Shown: in pieces, positions 11,301 to 27,200 of the stretch
How the letters are laid out: each line of letters opens with the position of its first letter
How positions within the stretch are numbered: the stretch's first letter is position 1
Assembly: GCF_009914755.1 (NCBI RefSeq)
Contig: NC_060939.1
Length of the DNA: 64,000 bases
Direction: 5' to 3' (one strand)
From: the human T2T-CHM13v2.0 reference genome, Homo sapiens
Made by a program: the position numbers and the translations under genes
The notes under the pieces: model-generated
What the model was told of the DNA's origin: nothing
What the model saw: only the letters and a program-made list of their open reading frames with translations
Database searches by the model: none

Positions 11301-14300
11301 TGCGATTCCATTCGAAATCGAATCAATTACATTGCAATCCATTACTATTGAGTCCATTTTATTCCAGTCCACTGCATTCTGGTCCATTCCATTTGATTCC
11401 ATTCCATTCTATTCCATTCCATACAGTTGCATTCCATTGGATTCCATTCTATATCTATAAATTCAATTCGAGACCATTGCTTTTGAATCCATTCCATAGG
11501 ATTCCATTCCATTCAAGTCCATTACATTTGGTTCAATTCCATTCCATTCCATTCCCTTCCATTCCATTCCAGTTGATATCAATCCATTCGATTCCATTCC
11601 ATTCGAGCACATTCCATTCCAGTCCATTCCATTCGATGCCATTCCATTTGATTCTATTCCATTAGTCTCCATTCAATTCCATTAATCTCCCTTCCATTCC
11701 ATTCTACTCCAACTGATTCCATTCCATTCTATTCCTTTCCATTCCATTTCATTCCATTCCATTCCATTCGCTTCCATTCCATTCGTGTCCATTCCACTCC
11801 AGTCCATTCCATTCGTGTCCATTCCATTCCAGTCCATTCCATTTGTGTCCACTGCATTCCATTCCACTCCATTCCATATTATTCCATTACACTCCATTCC
11901 ATTCTATTACTTTCATTTCCATTCAATTCCATTCCATTTGATTCCATTCCACTCGGTTTCATTCCATTTGAGTCCACTCCATTCCATTCCATTCCATTCC
12001 ATTCAGTTCCATTCCATTCTGTTCCATTCCATTCCGTTCCATTACATTCCATTCCATTCGGTACCATTCCATATTGTTCCATTCGATTCCATTCGAATCC
12101 ATTCCATTCCAGTCCATTCCATTCGATTCCATTCCATTCATTTCAATTCCATTCCATTCCATTCCATTACATTCCACTTGATTCCTCTCCATTCCCTTCC
12201 ACTGCATTCCGTTCGATTCCATTCCATTGCATTGCATTCCATTCCATTGTATTGCATTCCATTCGATTCCATTCCATTCGAATCAATTACATAGCAATCC
12301 ATTACATTCGAGTCTATTCTATTCCGTTCCATTCGATTTCGTTCCAATCCATTCGATTCCATTCCATTCGATTCCATTCCATACTATTGCATTCCATTCG
12401 ATTACATTATATTCGAATAAGTTCCATTCAAGACCATTTCTTTTGAGTCCATTCTTTTTGAGTCCATTCCCTTTGATTCCATAACATTTGAGTCCATTCA
12501 ATTCCATTCCTTTCGTTTGCATTCCATTTGATGCCATTCCATTCAATTCTGTTCTACTCGACTCCAATACATTCAATTCCATTCCATCCGATTCCATTAC
12601 ATTCTTTTCATTTCTTATCCATTTCAAGCCATTCCACTCCATTCCATTCCACTCGTTTCCTTTCCATTCGAGTCCATTCCTCTCCAGTCCATTCCGTTCA
12701 ATCCATTCCATTCCAGTCCATTCCATTCGAGTCCGTTCCATTCCAGTCCTCTCTATTCGAGTCAATTCCATCCCATTCGATGTTTTTCCATAACGATCCA
12801 TTCCATTCTATTCCTTTCGATTCCATTCCATTCTACTTCATTCAATTCGATTCCCTTCCATTGGACTCCTTTCCATTCGAGTGCATTCCATTCCGTTCCA
12901 TTTCGTACCGTTCTGTACGATTCCTACCGTTCGATTTCATTTTGTTCCAGTCCATTCCTTTCGCGTCCATTCCATTCCATTTCACTCCATTCGATTCCAT
13001 TCCACTCGATTCCACTTCGTTCCATTTCATTGCATTCCATTCTATTCAACTCTATTGCCTTCCATTCCATTCCATTCGATTACATTCCATGCGATTCCGT
13101 TCGAAATCGAATCAATTACATTGCAATCCATTACTATTAAGTCCATTTTATTCCAGTCCACTGCATTCTGGTCCATTCCATTTGATTCCATTCCATTCTA
13201 TTCCATTCCATACAGTTGCATTCCATTGGATTCCATTCTATATCTATAAATTCAATTCGAGACCATTGCTTTTGAATCCATTCTATATGATTCCATTCCA
13301 TTCAAGTCCATTACATTTGGTTCAATTTCATTCCATTCCATTCCCTTCCATTCCATTCCAGTTGATATCAATCCATTCGATTCCATTCCATTCGAGCACA
13401 TTCCATTTGAGTCCATTCCATTCGATGCCATTCCATTTGATTCTATTCCATTAGTCTCCATTCAATTCCATTAATCTCCATTCCATTCCATTCTACTCCA
13501 ACTGATTCCATTCCATTCTATTCCTTTCCATTCCATTTCATTCCATTCCATTCCATTTCATTCCATTCCATTCCATTCCATTCCATTCGCTTCCATTCCA
13601 TTCGTGTCCATTCCACTCCAGTCCATTCCATTCGTGTCCATTCCATTCCAGTCCATTCCATTTGTGTCCACTGCATTCCATTCCACTCCATTCCATATTA
13701 TTCCATTACACTCCCTTCCATACTATTACTTTCATTTCCATTCAATTCCATTCTATTTGATTCCATTCCACTCGGTTTCATTCCATTTGAGTCCACTCCA
13801 TTCCATTCCATTCCATTCCATTCAGTTCCATTCCATTCTGTTCCATTCCATTCCGTTCCATTACATTCCATTCCATTCGGTACCATTCCATATTGTTCCA
13901 TTCGATTCCATTCGAATCCATTCCATTCCAGTCCATTCCATTCGATTCCATTCCATTCATTTCAATTCCATTCCATTCCATTCCATTACATTCCACTTGA
14001 TTCCTCTCCATTCCCTTCCACTGCATTCCGTTCGATTCCATTCCATTGCATTGCATTCCATTCCATTGGATTGCATTCCATTCGATTCCATTCCATTCGA
14101 ATCAATTACATAGCAATCCATTACATTCGAGTCTATTCTATTCCGTTCCATTCGATTTCGTTCCAATCCATTCGATTCCATTCCATTCGATTCCATTCCA
14201 TACTATTGCATTCCATTCGATTACATTATATTCGAATAAGTTCCATTCAAGACCATTTCTTTTGAATCCATTCTTTTTGAGTCCATTCCCTTTGATTCCA

Positions 14301-17300
14301 TAACATTTGAGTCCATTCAATTCCATTCCTTTCGTTTGCATTCCATTTGATGCCATTCCATTCAATTCTGTTCTACTCGACTCCAATACATTCAATTCCA
14401 TTCCATCCGATTCCATTACATTCTTTTCATTTCTTATCCATTTCAAGCCATTCCACTCCATTCCATTCCACTCGTTTCCTTTCCATTCGAGTCCATTCCT
14501 CTCCAGTCCATTCCGTTCAATCCATTCCATTCCAGTCCATTCCATTCGAGTCCGTTCCATTCCAGTCCTCTCTATTCGAGTCAATTCCATCCCATTCGAT
14601 GTTTTTCCATAACGATCCATTCCATTCTATTCCTTTCGATTCCATTCCATTCTACTTCATTCAATTCGATTCCCTTCCATTGGACTCCTTTCCATTCGAG
14701 TGCATTCCATTCCGTTCCATTTCGTACCGTTCTGTACGATTCCTACCGTTCGATTTCATTTTGTTCCAGTCCATTCCTTTCGCGTCCATTCCATTCCATT
14801 TCACTCCATTCGATTCCATTCCACTCGATTCCACTTCGTTCCATTTCATTGCATTCCATTCTATTCAACTCTATTGCCTTCCATTCCATTCCATTCGATT
14901 ACATTCCATGCGATTCCATTCGAAATCGAATCAATTACATTGCAATCCATTACTATTGAGTCCATTTTATTCCAGTCCACTGCATTCTGGTCCATTCCAT
15001 TTGATTCCATTCCATTCTATTCCATTCCATACAGTTGCATTCCATTGGATTCCATTCTATATCTATAAATTCAATTCGAGACCATTGCTTTTGAATCCAT
15101 TCCATAGGATTCCATTCCATTCAAGTCCATTACATTTGGTTCAATTCCATTCCATTCCATTCCCTTCCATTCCATTCCAGTTGATATCAATCCATTCGAT
15201 TCCATTCCATTCGAGCACATTCCATTCCAGTCCATTCCATTCGATGCCATTCCATTTGATTCTATTCCATTAGTCTCCATTCAATTCCATTAATCTCCCT
15301 TCCATTCCATTCTACTCCAACTGATTCCATTCCATTCTATTCCTTTCCATTCCATTTCATTCCATTCCATTCCATTTCATTCCATTCCATTCCATTCCAT
15401 TCCATTCGCTTCCATTCCATTCGTGTCCATTCCACTCCAGTCCATTCCATTCGTGTCCATTCCATTCCAGTCCATTCCATTTGTGTCCACTGCATTCCAT
15501 TCCACTCCATTCCATATTATTCCATTACACTCCCTTCCATACTATTACTTTCATTTCCATTCAATTCCATTCCATTTGATTCCATTCCACTCGGTTTCAT
15601 TCCATTTGAGTCCACTCCATTCCATTCCATTCCATTCCATTCAGTTCCATTCCATTCTGTTCCATTCCATTCCGTTCCATTACATTCCATTCCATTCGGT
15701 ACCATTCCATATTGTTCCATTCGATTCCATTCGATTCCATTCCATTCCAGTCCATTCCATTCGATTCCATTCCATTCCTTTCAATTCCATTCCATTCCAT
15801 TCCATTCCACTTGATTCCACTCCATTCCCTTCCACTGCATTCCATTCGATTCCATTCCATTGCATTGCATTCCATTCCATTGGACTGCATTCCATTCGAT
15901 TCCATTCCATTCGAATCAATTACATAGCAATCCATTACATTCGAGTCTATTCTATTCCGTTCCATTCGATTTCGTTCCAATCCATTCGATTCCATTCCAT
16001 TCGATTCCATTCCATACTATTGCATTCCATTCGATTACATTATATTCGAATAAGTTCCATTCAAGACCATTTCTTTTGAGTCCATTCTATTTGAGTCCAT
16101 TCCCTTTGATTCCATAACATTTGAGTCCATTCAATTCCATTCCTTTTGTTTCCATTCCATTTGATGCCATTCCATTCAATTCTGTTCTACTCGACTCCAA
16201 TACATTCAATTCCATTCCATCCGATTCCATTACATTCTTTTCATTTCTTATCCATTTCAAGCCATTCCACTCCATTCCATTCCACTCGTTTCCTTTCCAT
16301 TCGAGTCCATTCCTCTCCAGTCCATTCCGTTCAATCCATTCCATTCCAGTCCATTCCATTTGAGTCCGTTCCATTCCAGTCCATTCCATTCGAGTCAATT
16401 CCATTCCATTCGATGTCTTTCCATAACGATCCATTCCATTCTATTCCTTTGGATTCCATTCCATTCTATTTCATTCCATTCGATTCCCTTCCATTGGACT
16501 CCTTTCCATTCGAGTGCATTCCATTCCGTTCCATTTCTTTCCGTTCTGTACGATTCCTACCGTTCGATTTCATATTGTTCCAGTCCATTCCTTTCGCGTC
16601 CATTCCATTCCATTTCACTCCATTCGATTCCATTCCACTCGATTCCACTTCGTTCCATTTCATTGCATTCCATTCTATTCAACTCTATTGCCTTCCATTC
16701 CATTCCATTCGATTACATTCCATGCGATTCCATTCGAAATCGAATCAATTACATTGCAATCCATTACTATTGAGTCCATTTTATTCCAGTCCACTGCATT
16801 CTGGTCCATTCCATTTGATTCCATTCCATTCTATTCCATTCCATACAGTTGCATTCCATTGGATTCCATTCTATATCTATAAATTCAATTCGAGACCATT
16901 GCTTTTGAATCCATTCCATAGGATTCCATTCCATTCAAGTCCATTACATTTGGTTCAATTCCATTCCATTCCATTCCCTTCCATTCCATTCCAGTTGATA
17001 TCAATCCATTCGATTCCATTCCATTCGAGCACATTCCATTCCAGTCCATTCCATTCGATGCCATTCCATTTGATTCTATTCCATTAGTCTCCATTCAATT
17101 CCATTAATCTCCATTCCATTCCATTCTACTCCAACTGATTCCATTCCATTCTATTCCTTTCCATTCCATTTCATTCCATTCCATTCCATTTCATTCCATT
17201 CCATTCCATTCGCTTCCATTCCATTCGTGTCCATTCCACTCCAGTCCATTCCATTCGTGTCCATTCCATTCCAGTCCATTCCATTTGTGTCCACTGCATT

Positions 17301-19761
17301 CCATTCCACTCCATTCCATATTATTCCATTACACTCCATTCCATTCTATTACTTTCATTTCCATTCAATTCCATTCCATTTGATTCCATTCCACTCGGTT
17401 TCATTCCATTTGAGTCCACTCCATTCCATTCCATTCCATTCCATTCAGTTCCATTCCATTCTGTTCCATTCCATTCCGTTCCATTACATTCCATTCCATT
17501 CGGTACCATTCCATATTGTTCCATTCGATTCCATTCGAATCCATTCCATTCCAGTCCATTCCATTCGATTCCATTCCATTCATTTCAATTCCATTCCATT
17601 CCATTCCATTACATTCCACTTGATTCCTCTCCATTCCCTTCCACTGCATTCCGTTCGATTCCATTCCATTGCATTGCATTCCATTCCATTGTATTGCATT
17701 CCATTCGATTCCATTCCATTCGAATCAATTACATAGCAATCCATTACATTCGAGTCTATTCTATTCCGTTCCATTCGATTTCGTTCCAATCCATTCGATT
17801 CCATTCCATTCGATTCCATTCCATACTATTGCATTCCATTCGATTACATTATATTCGAATAAGTTCCATTCAAGACCATTTCTTTTGAGTCCATTCTTTT
17901 TGAGTCCATTCCCTTTGATTCCATAACATTTGAGTCCATTCAATTCCATTCCTTTCGTTTGCATTCCATTTGATGCCATTCCATTCAATTCTGTTCTACT
18001 CGACTCCAATACATTCAATTCCATTCCATCCGATTCCATTACATTCTTTTCATTTCTTATCCATTTCAAGCCATTCCACTCCATTCCATTCCACTCGTTT
18101 CCTTTCCATTCGAGTCCATTCCTCTCCAGTCCATTCCGTTCAATCCATTCCATTCCAGTCCATTCCATTCGAGTCCGTTCCATTCCAGTCCTCTCTATTC
18201 GAGTCAATTCCATCCCATTCGATGTTTTTCCATAACGATCCATTCCATTCTATTCCTTTCGATTCCATTCCATTCTACTTCATTCAATTCGATTCCCTTC
18301 CATTGGACTCCTTTCCATTCGAGTGCATTCCATTCTGTTCCATTTCGTACCGTTCTGTACGATTCCTACCGTTCGATTTCATTTTGTTCCAGTCCATTCC
18401 TTTCGCGTCCATTCCATTCCATTTCACTCCATTCGATTCCATTCCACTCGATTCCACTTCGTTCCATTTCATTGCATTCCATTCTATTCAACTCTATTGC
18501 CTTCCATTCCATTCCATTCGATTACATTCCATGCGATTCCGTTCGAAATCGAATCAATTACATTGCAATCCATTACTATTGAGTCCATTTTATTCCAGTC
18601 CACTGCATTCTGGTCCATTCCATTTGATTCCATTCCATTCTATTCCATTCCATACAGTTGCATTCCATTGGATTCCATTCTATATCTATAAATTCAATTC
18701 GAGACCATTGCTTTTGAATCCATTCTATATGATTCCATTCCATTCAAGTCCATTACATTTGGTTCAATTTCATTCCATTCCATTCCCTTCCATTCCATTC
18801 CAGTTGATATCAATCCATTCGATTCCATTCCATTCGAGCACATTCCATTCGAGTCCATTCCATTCGATGCCATTCCATTTGATTCTATTCCATTAGTCTC
18901 CATTCAATTCCATTAATCTCCATTCCATTCCATTCTACTCCAACTGATTCCATTCCATTCTATTCCTTTCCATTCCATTTCATTCCATTCCATTCCATTT
19001 CATTCCATTCCATTCCATTCCATTCCATTCGCTTCCATTCCATTCGTGTCCATTCCACTCCAGTCCATTCCATTCGTGTCCATTCCATTCCAGTCCATTC
19101 CATTTGTGTCCACTGCATTCCATTCCACTCCATTCCATATTATTCCATTACACTCCCTTCCATACTATTACTTTCATTTCCATTCAATTCCATTCCATTT
19201 GATTCCATTCCACTCGGTTTCATTCCATTTGAGTCCACTCCATTCCATTCCATTCCATTCCATTCAGTTCCATTCCATTCTGTTCCATTCCATTCCGTTC
19301 CATTACATTCCATTCCATTCGGTACCATTCCATATTGTTCCATTCGATTCCATTCGAATCCATTCCATTCCAGTCCATTCCATTCGATTCCATTCCATTC
19401 CTTTCAATTCCATTCCATTCCATTCCATTCCACTTGATTCCACTCCATTCCCTTCCACTGCATTCCATTCGATTCCATTCCATTGCATTGCATTCCATTC
19501 CATTGGACTGCATTCCATTCGATTCCATTCCATTCGAATCAATTACATAGCAATCCATTACATTCGAGTCTATTCTATTCCGTTCCATTCGATTTCGTTC
19601 CAATCCATTCGATTCCATTCCATTCGATTCCATTCCATACTATTGCATTCCATTCGATTACATTATATTCGAATAAGTTCCATTCAAGACCATTTCTTTT
19701 GAGTCCATTCTATTTGAGTCCATTCCCTTTGATTCCATAACATTTGAGTCCATTCAATTCC

Positions 19762-22700
19762 ATTCCTTTCGTTCCCATTCCATTTGATGCCATTCCATTC
19801 AATTCTGTTCTACTCGACTCCAATACATTCAATTCCATTCCATCCGATTCCATTACATTCTTTTCATTTCTTATCCATTTCAAGCCATTCCACTCCATTC
19901 CATTCCACTCGTTTCCTTTCCATTCGAGTCCATTCCTCTCCAGTCCATTCCGTTCAATCCATTCCATTCCAGTCCATTCCATTCGAGTCCGTTCCATTCC
20001 AGTCCATTCCATTCGAGTCAATTCCATTCCATTCGATGTCTTTCCATAACGATCCATTCCATTCTATTCCTTTCGATTCCATTCCATTCTATTTCATTCC
20101 ATTCGATTCCCTTCCATTGGACTCCTTTCCATTCGAGTGCATTCCATTCCGTTCCATTTCTTTCCGTTCTGTGCGATTCCTACCGTTTGATTTCATTTTG
20201 TTCCAGTCCATTCCTTTCGCGTCCATTCCATTCCATTTCACTCCATTCGATTCCATTCCACTCGATTCCACTTCGTTCCATTTCATTGCATTCCATTCTA
20301 TTCAACTCTATTGCCTTCCATTCCATTCCATTCGATTACATTCCATGCGATTCCATTCGAAATCGAATCAATTACATTGCAATCCATTACTATTGAGTCC
20401 ATTTTATTCCAGTCCACTGCATTCTGGTCCATTCCATTTGATTCCATTCCATTCTATTCCATTCCATACAGTTGCATTCCATTGGATTCCATTCTATATC
20501 TATAAATTCAATTCGAGACCATTGCTTTTGAATCCATTCTATATGATTCCATTCCATTCAAGTCCATTACATTTGGTTCAATTCCATTCCATTCCATTCC
20601 CTTCCATTCCATTCCAGTTGATATCAATCCATTCGATTCCATTCCATTCGAGCACATTCCTTTCAAGTCCATTCCATTCGATGCCATTCCATTTGATTCT
20701 ATTCCATTAGTCTCCATTCAATTCCATTAATCTCCATTCCATTCCATTCTACTCCAACTGATTCCATTCCATTCTATTCCTTTCCATTCCATTTCATTCC
20801 ATTCCATTCCGTTCCATTACATTCCATTCGCTTCCATTCCATTCGTGTCCATTCCACTCCAGTCCATTCCATTCGTGTCCATTCCATTCCAGTCCATTCC
20901 ATTTGTGTCCACTGCATTCCATTCCACTCCATTCCATATTATTCCATTACACTCCATTCCATTCTATTACTTTCATTTCCATTCAATTCCGTTCCATTTG
21001 ATTCCATTCCACTCGGTTTCATTCCATTTGAGTCCACTCCATTCCATTCCATTCCATTCCATTCAGTTCCATTCCATTCTGTTCCATTCCATTCCGTTCC
21101 ATTGCATTCCATTCCATTCGGTACCATTCCATATTGTTCCATTCGATTCCATTCGAATCCATTCCATTCCAGTCCATTCCATTCGATTCCATTCCATTCC
21201 TTTCAATTCCATTCCATTCCATTCCATTCCACTTGATTCCACTCCATTCCCTTCCACTGCATTCCATTCGATTCCATTCCATTGCATTGCATTCCATTCC
21301 ATTGGACTGCATTCCATTCGATTCCATTCCATTCGAATCAATTACATAGCAATCCATTACATTCGAGTCTATTCTATTCCGTTCCATTCGATTTCATTCC
21401 AATCCATTCGATTCCATTCCATACTATTGCATTCCATTCTATTACATTATATTCGAATAAGATCCATTCAAGACCATTTCTTTTGAGTTCATTCTATTTG
21501 AGTCCATTCCCTTTGATTCCATAACATTTGAGTCCATTCAATTCCATTCCTTTCGTTTGCATTCCATTTGATGCCATTCCATTCAATTCTGTGCTACTCG
21601 ACTCCAATACATTCAATTCCATTCCATCCGATTCCATTACATTCTTTTCATTTCTTATCCATTTCAAGCCATTCCACTCCATTCCATTCCACTCGTTTCC
21701 TTTCCATTCGAGTCCATTCCTCTCCAGTCCATTCCGTTCAATCCATTCCATTCCAGTCCATTCCATTCGAGTCCGTTCCATTCCAGTCCATTCCATTCGA
21801 GTCAATTCCATTCCATTCGATGTCTTTCCATAACGATCCATTCCATTCTATTCCTTTGGATTCCATTCCATTCTATTTCATTCCATTCGATTCCCTTCCA
21901 TTGGACTCCTTTCCATTCGAGTGCATTCCATTCCGTTCCATTTCTTTCCGTTCTGTACGATTCCTACCGTTCGATTTCATTTTGTTCCAGTCCATTCCTT
22001 TCGCGTCCATTCCATTCCATTTCACTCCATTCGATTCCATTCCACTCGATTCCACTTCGTTCCATTTCATTGCATTCCATTCTATTCAACTCTATTGCCT
22101 TCCATTCCATTCCATTCGATTACATTCCATGCGATTCCATTCGAAATCGAATCAATTACATTGCAATCCATTACTATTGAGTCCATTTTATTCCAGTCCA
22201 CTGCATTCTGGTCCATTCCATTTGATTCCATTCCATTCTATTCCATTCCATACAGTTGCATTCCATTGGATTCCATTCTATATCTATAAATTCAATTCGA
22301 GACCATTGCTTTTGAATCCATTCCATAGGATTCCATTCCATTCAAGTCCATTACATTTGGTTCAATTCCATTCCATTCCATTCCCTTCCATTCCATTCCA
22401 GTTGATATCAATCCATTCGATTCCATTCCATTCGAGCACATTCCATTCCAGTCCATTCCATTCGATGCCATTCCATTTGATTCTATTCCATTAGTCTCCA
22501 TTCAATTCCATTAATCTCCATTCCATTCCATTCTACTCCAACTGATTCCATTCCATTCTATTCCTTTCCATTCCATTTCATTCCATTCCATTCCGTTCCA
22601 TTACATTCCATTCGCTTCCATTCCATTCGTGTCCATTCCACTCCAGTCCATTCCATTCGTGTCCATTCCATTCCAGTCCATTCCATTTGTGTCCACTGCA

Positions 22701-24280
22701 TTCCATTCCACTCCATTCCATATTATTCCATTACACTCCATTCCATTCTATTACTTTCATTTCCATTCAATTCCGTTCCATTTGATTCCATTCCACTCGG
22801 TTTCATTCCATTTGAGTCCACTCCATTCCATTCCATTCCATTCCATTCAGTTCCATTCCATTCTGTTCCATTCCATTCCGTTCCATTGCATTCCATTCCA
22901 TTCGGTACCATTCCATATTGTTCCATTCGATTCCATTCGAATCCATTCCATTCCAGTCCATTCCATTCGATTCCATTCCATTCCTTTCAATTCCATTCCA
23001 TTCCATTCCATTCCACTTGATTCCACTCCATTCCCTTCCACTGCATTCCATTCGATTCCATTCCATTGCATTGCATTCCATTCCATTGGACTGCATTCCA
23101 TTCGATTCCATTCCATTCGAATCAATTACATAGCAATCCATTACATTCGAGTCTATTCTATTCCGTTCCATTCGATTTCATTCCAATCCATTCGATTCCA
23201 TTCCATACTATTGCATTCCATTCGATTACATTATATTCGAATAAGATCCATTCAAGACCATTTCTTTTGAGTTCATTCTATTTGAGTCCATTCCCTTTGA
23301 TTCCATAACATTTGAGTCCATTCAATTCCATTCCTTTCATTTGCATTCCATTTGATGCCATTCCATTCAATTCTGTGCTACTCGACTCCAATACATTCAA
23401 TTCCATTCCATCCGATTCCATTACATTCTTTTCATTTCTTATCCATTTCAAGCCATTCCACTCCATTCCATTCCACTCGTTTCCTTTCCATTCGAGTCCA
23501 TTCCTCTCCAGTCCATTCCGTTCAATCCATTCCATTCCAGTCCATTCCATTCGAGTCCGTTCCATTCCAGTCCATTCCATTCGAGTCAATTCCATTCCAT
23601 TCGATGTCTTTCCATAACGATCCATTCCATTCTATTCCTTTGGGTTCCATTCCATTCTATTTCATTCCATTCGATTCCCTTCCATTGGACTCCTTTCCAT
23701 TCGAGTGCATTCCATTCCGTTCCATTTCTTTCCGTTCTGTACGATTCCTACCGTTCGATTTCATTTTGTTCCAGTCCATTCCTTTCGCGTCCATTCCATT
23801 CCATTTCACTCCATTCGATTCCATTCCACTCGATTCCACTTCGTTCCATTTCATTGCATTCCATTCTATTCAACTCTATTGCCTTCCATTCCATTCCATT
23901 CGATTACATTCCATGCGATTCCATTCGAAATCGAATCAATTACATTGCAATCCATTACTATTGAGTCCATTTTATTCCAGTCCACTGCATTCTGGTCCAT
24001 TCCATTTGATTCCATTCCATTCTATTCCATTCCATACAGTTGCATTCCATTGGATTCCATTCTATATCTATAAATTCAATTCGAGACCATTGCTTTTGAA
24101 TCCATTCCATAGGATTCCATTCCATTCAAGTCCATTACATTTGGTTCAATTCCATTCCATTCCATTCCCTTCCATTCCATTCCAGTTGATATCAATCCAT
24201 TCGATTCCATTCCATTCGAGCACATTCCATTCCAGTCCATTCCATTCGAAGCCATTCCATTTGATTCTATTCCATTAGTC
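19762..24280 (+). repeat. Block duplicate of ~5340-9858 (offset 14,422 bp = 8 units)
   Basis: Same unit-length series (1784, 1784) and the same rare variants in the same order: GTTCCCATT, GTGCGATTCCTACCGTTTGA, CACATTCCTTTC, AATAAGATCC, TTTGAGTTCATT, CTGTGCTACT, CCTTTCATTTGC. Confidence 0.85.
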
Positions 24281-27200
24281 TCCATTCAATTCCATTAATC
24301 TCCATTCCATTCCATTCTACTCCAACTGATTCCATTCCATTCTATTCCTTTCCATTCCATTTCATTCCATTCCATTCCATTTCATTCCATTCCATTCCAT
24401 TCGATTCCATTCCATTCGTGTCCATTCCACTCCAGTCCATTCCATTCGTGTCCATTCCATTCCAGTCCATTCCATTTGTGTCCACTGCATTCCATTCCAC
24501 TCCATTCCATATTATTCCATTACACTCCCTTCCATTCTATTACTTTCATTTCCATTGAATTCCGTTCCATTTGATTCCATTCCACTCGGTTTCATTCCAT
24601 TTGAGTCCACTCCATTCCATTCCATTCAGTTCCATTCCATTCTGTTCCATTCCATTCCGTTCCATTGCATTCCATTCCATTCGGTACCATTCCATATTGT
24701 TCCATTCGATTCCATTCGAATCCATTCCATTCCAGTCCATTCCATTCGATTCCATTCCATTCCTTTCAATTCCATTCCATTCCATTCCATTCCACTTGAT
24801 TCCACTCCATTCCCTTCCACTGCATTCCATTCGATTCCATTCCATTGCATTGCATTCCATTCCATTGGACTGCATTCCATTCGATTCCATTCCATTCGAA
24901 TCAATTACATAGCAATCCATTACATTCGAGTCTATTCTATTCCGTTCCATTCGATTTCATTCCAATCCATTCGATTCCATTCCATTCGATTCCATTCCAT
25001 ACTATTGCATTCCATTCTATTACATTATATTCGAATAAGTTCCATTCAAGACCATTTCTTTTGAGTCCATTCTATTTGAGTCCATTCCCTTTGGTTCCAT
25101 AACATTTGAGTCCATTCAATTCCATTCCTTTCGTTTCCATTCCATTTGATGCCATTCCACTCAATTCTGTTCTACTCGACTCCAATACATTCAATTCCAT
25201 TCCATCCGATTCCATTACATTCTTTTCATTTCTTATCCATTTCAAGCCATTCCACTCCATTCCATTCCACTCGTTTCCTTTCCATTCGAGTCCATTCCTC
25301 TCCAGTCCATTCCGTTCAATCCATTCCATTCCAGTCCATTCCATTCGAGTCCGTTCCATTCCAGTCCATTCCATTCGAGTCAATTCCATTCCATTCGATG
25401 TCTTTCCATAACGATCCATTCCATTCTATTCCTTTCGATTCCATTCCATTCTATTTCATTCCATTCGATTCCCTTCCATTGGACTCCTTTCCATTCGAGT
25501 GCATTCCATTCCGTTCCATTTCTTTCCGTTCTGTACGATTCTTACCGTTCGATTTCATTTTGTTCCAGTCCATTCCTTTCGCGTCCATTCCATTCCATTT
25601 CACTCCATTCGATTCCATTCCACTCGATTCCACTTCGTTCCATTTCATTGCATTCCATTCTATTCAACTCTATTGCCTTCCATTCCATTCCATTCGATTA
25701 CATTCCATGCGATTGCATTCGAAATAGAATCAATTACTTTGCAATCCATTACTATTGAGTCCGTTTTATTCCAGTCCACTGCATTCTGGTCCATTCCATT
25801 TGATTCCATTCCATTCTATTCCATTCCATACAGTTGCATTCCATTGGATTCCATGCTATATCTATAAATTCAATTCGAGACCATTGCTTTTGAGTCCATT
25901 CTATATGATTCCATTCCATTCAAGTCCATTACATTTGGTTCAATTCCATTCCATTTCAGTTGATATCAATCCATTCGATTCCATTCCATTCGAGCACATT
26001 CCATTCGAGTCCATTCCATTCGATGCCATTCCATTTGATTCTATGCCATTAGTCTCCATTCAATTCCATTAATCTCCATTCCATTCCATTCTACTCCAAC
26101 TGATTCCATTCCATTCTATTCCTTTCCATTCCATTTCATTCCATTCCATTCCATTTCATTCCATTCCATTCCATTCGTGTCCATTCCACTCCAGTCCATT
26201 CCATTCGTGTCCATTCCATTCCAGTCCATTCCATTTGTGTCCACTGCATTCCATTCCACTCCATTCCATATTATTCCATTACACTCCATTCCATTCTATT
26301 ACTTTCATTTCCATTCAATTCCATTCCATTTGATTCCATTCCACTCGGTTTCATTCCATTTGAGTCCACTCCATTCCATTCCATTCCATTCCATTCAGTT
26401 CCATTCCATTCTGTTCCATTCCATTGCGTTCCATTACATTCCATTCCATTCGGTACCATTCCATATTGTTCCATTCGATTCCATTCGAATCCATTCCATT
26501 CCAGTCCATTCCATTCGATTCCATTCCATTCATTTCAATTCCATTCCATTCCATTCCATTACATTCCACTTGATTCCTCTCCATTCCCTTCCACTGCATT
26601 CCGTTCGATTCCATTCCATTGCATTGCATTCCATTCCATTGGATTGCATTCCATTCGATTCCATTCCATTCGAATCAATTACATAGCAATCCATTACATT
26701 CGAGTCTATTCTATTCCGTTCCATTCGATTTCGTTCCAATCCATTCGATTCCATTCCATTCGATTCCATTCCATACTATTGCATTCCTTTCTATTACATT
26801 ATATTCGAATAAGTTCCATTCAAGACCATTTCTTTTGAGTCCATTCTATTTGAGTCCATTCCCTTTGATTCCATAACATTTGAGTCCATTCAATTCCATT
26901 CCTTTCGTTTCCATTCCATTTGATGCCATTCCATTCAATTCTGTTCTACTCGACTCCAATACATTCAATTCCATTCCATCCGATTCCATTACATTCTTTT
27001 CATTTCTTATCCATTTCAAGCCATTCCACTCCATTCCATTCCACTCGTTTCCTTTCCATTCGAGTCCATTCCTCTCCAGTCCATTCCGTTCAATCCATTC
27101 CATTCCAGTCCATTCCATTTGAGTCCGTTCCATTCCAGTCCTCTCTATTCGAGTCAATTCCATCCCATTCGATGTCTTTCCATAACGATCCATTCCATTC

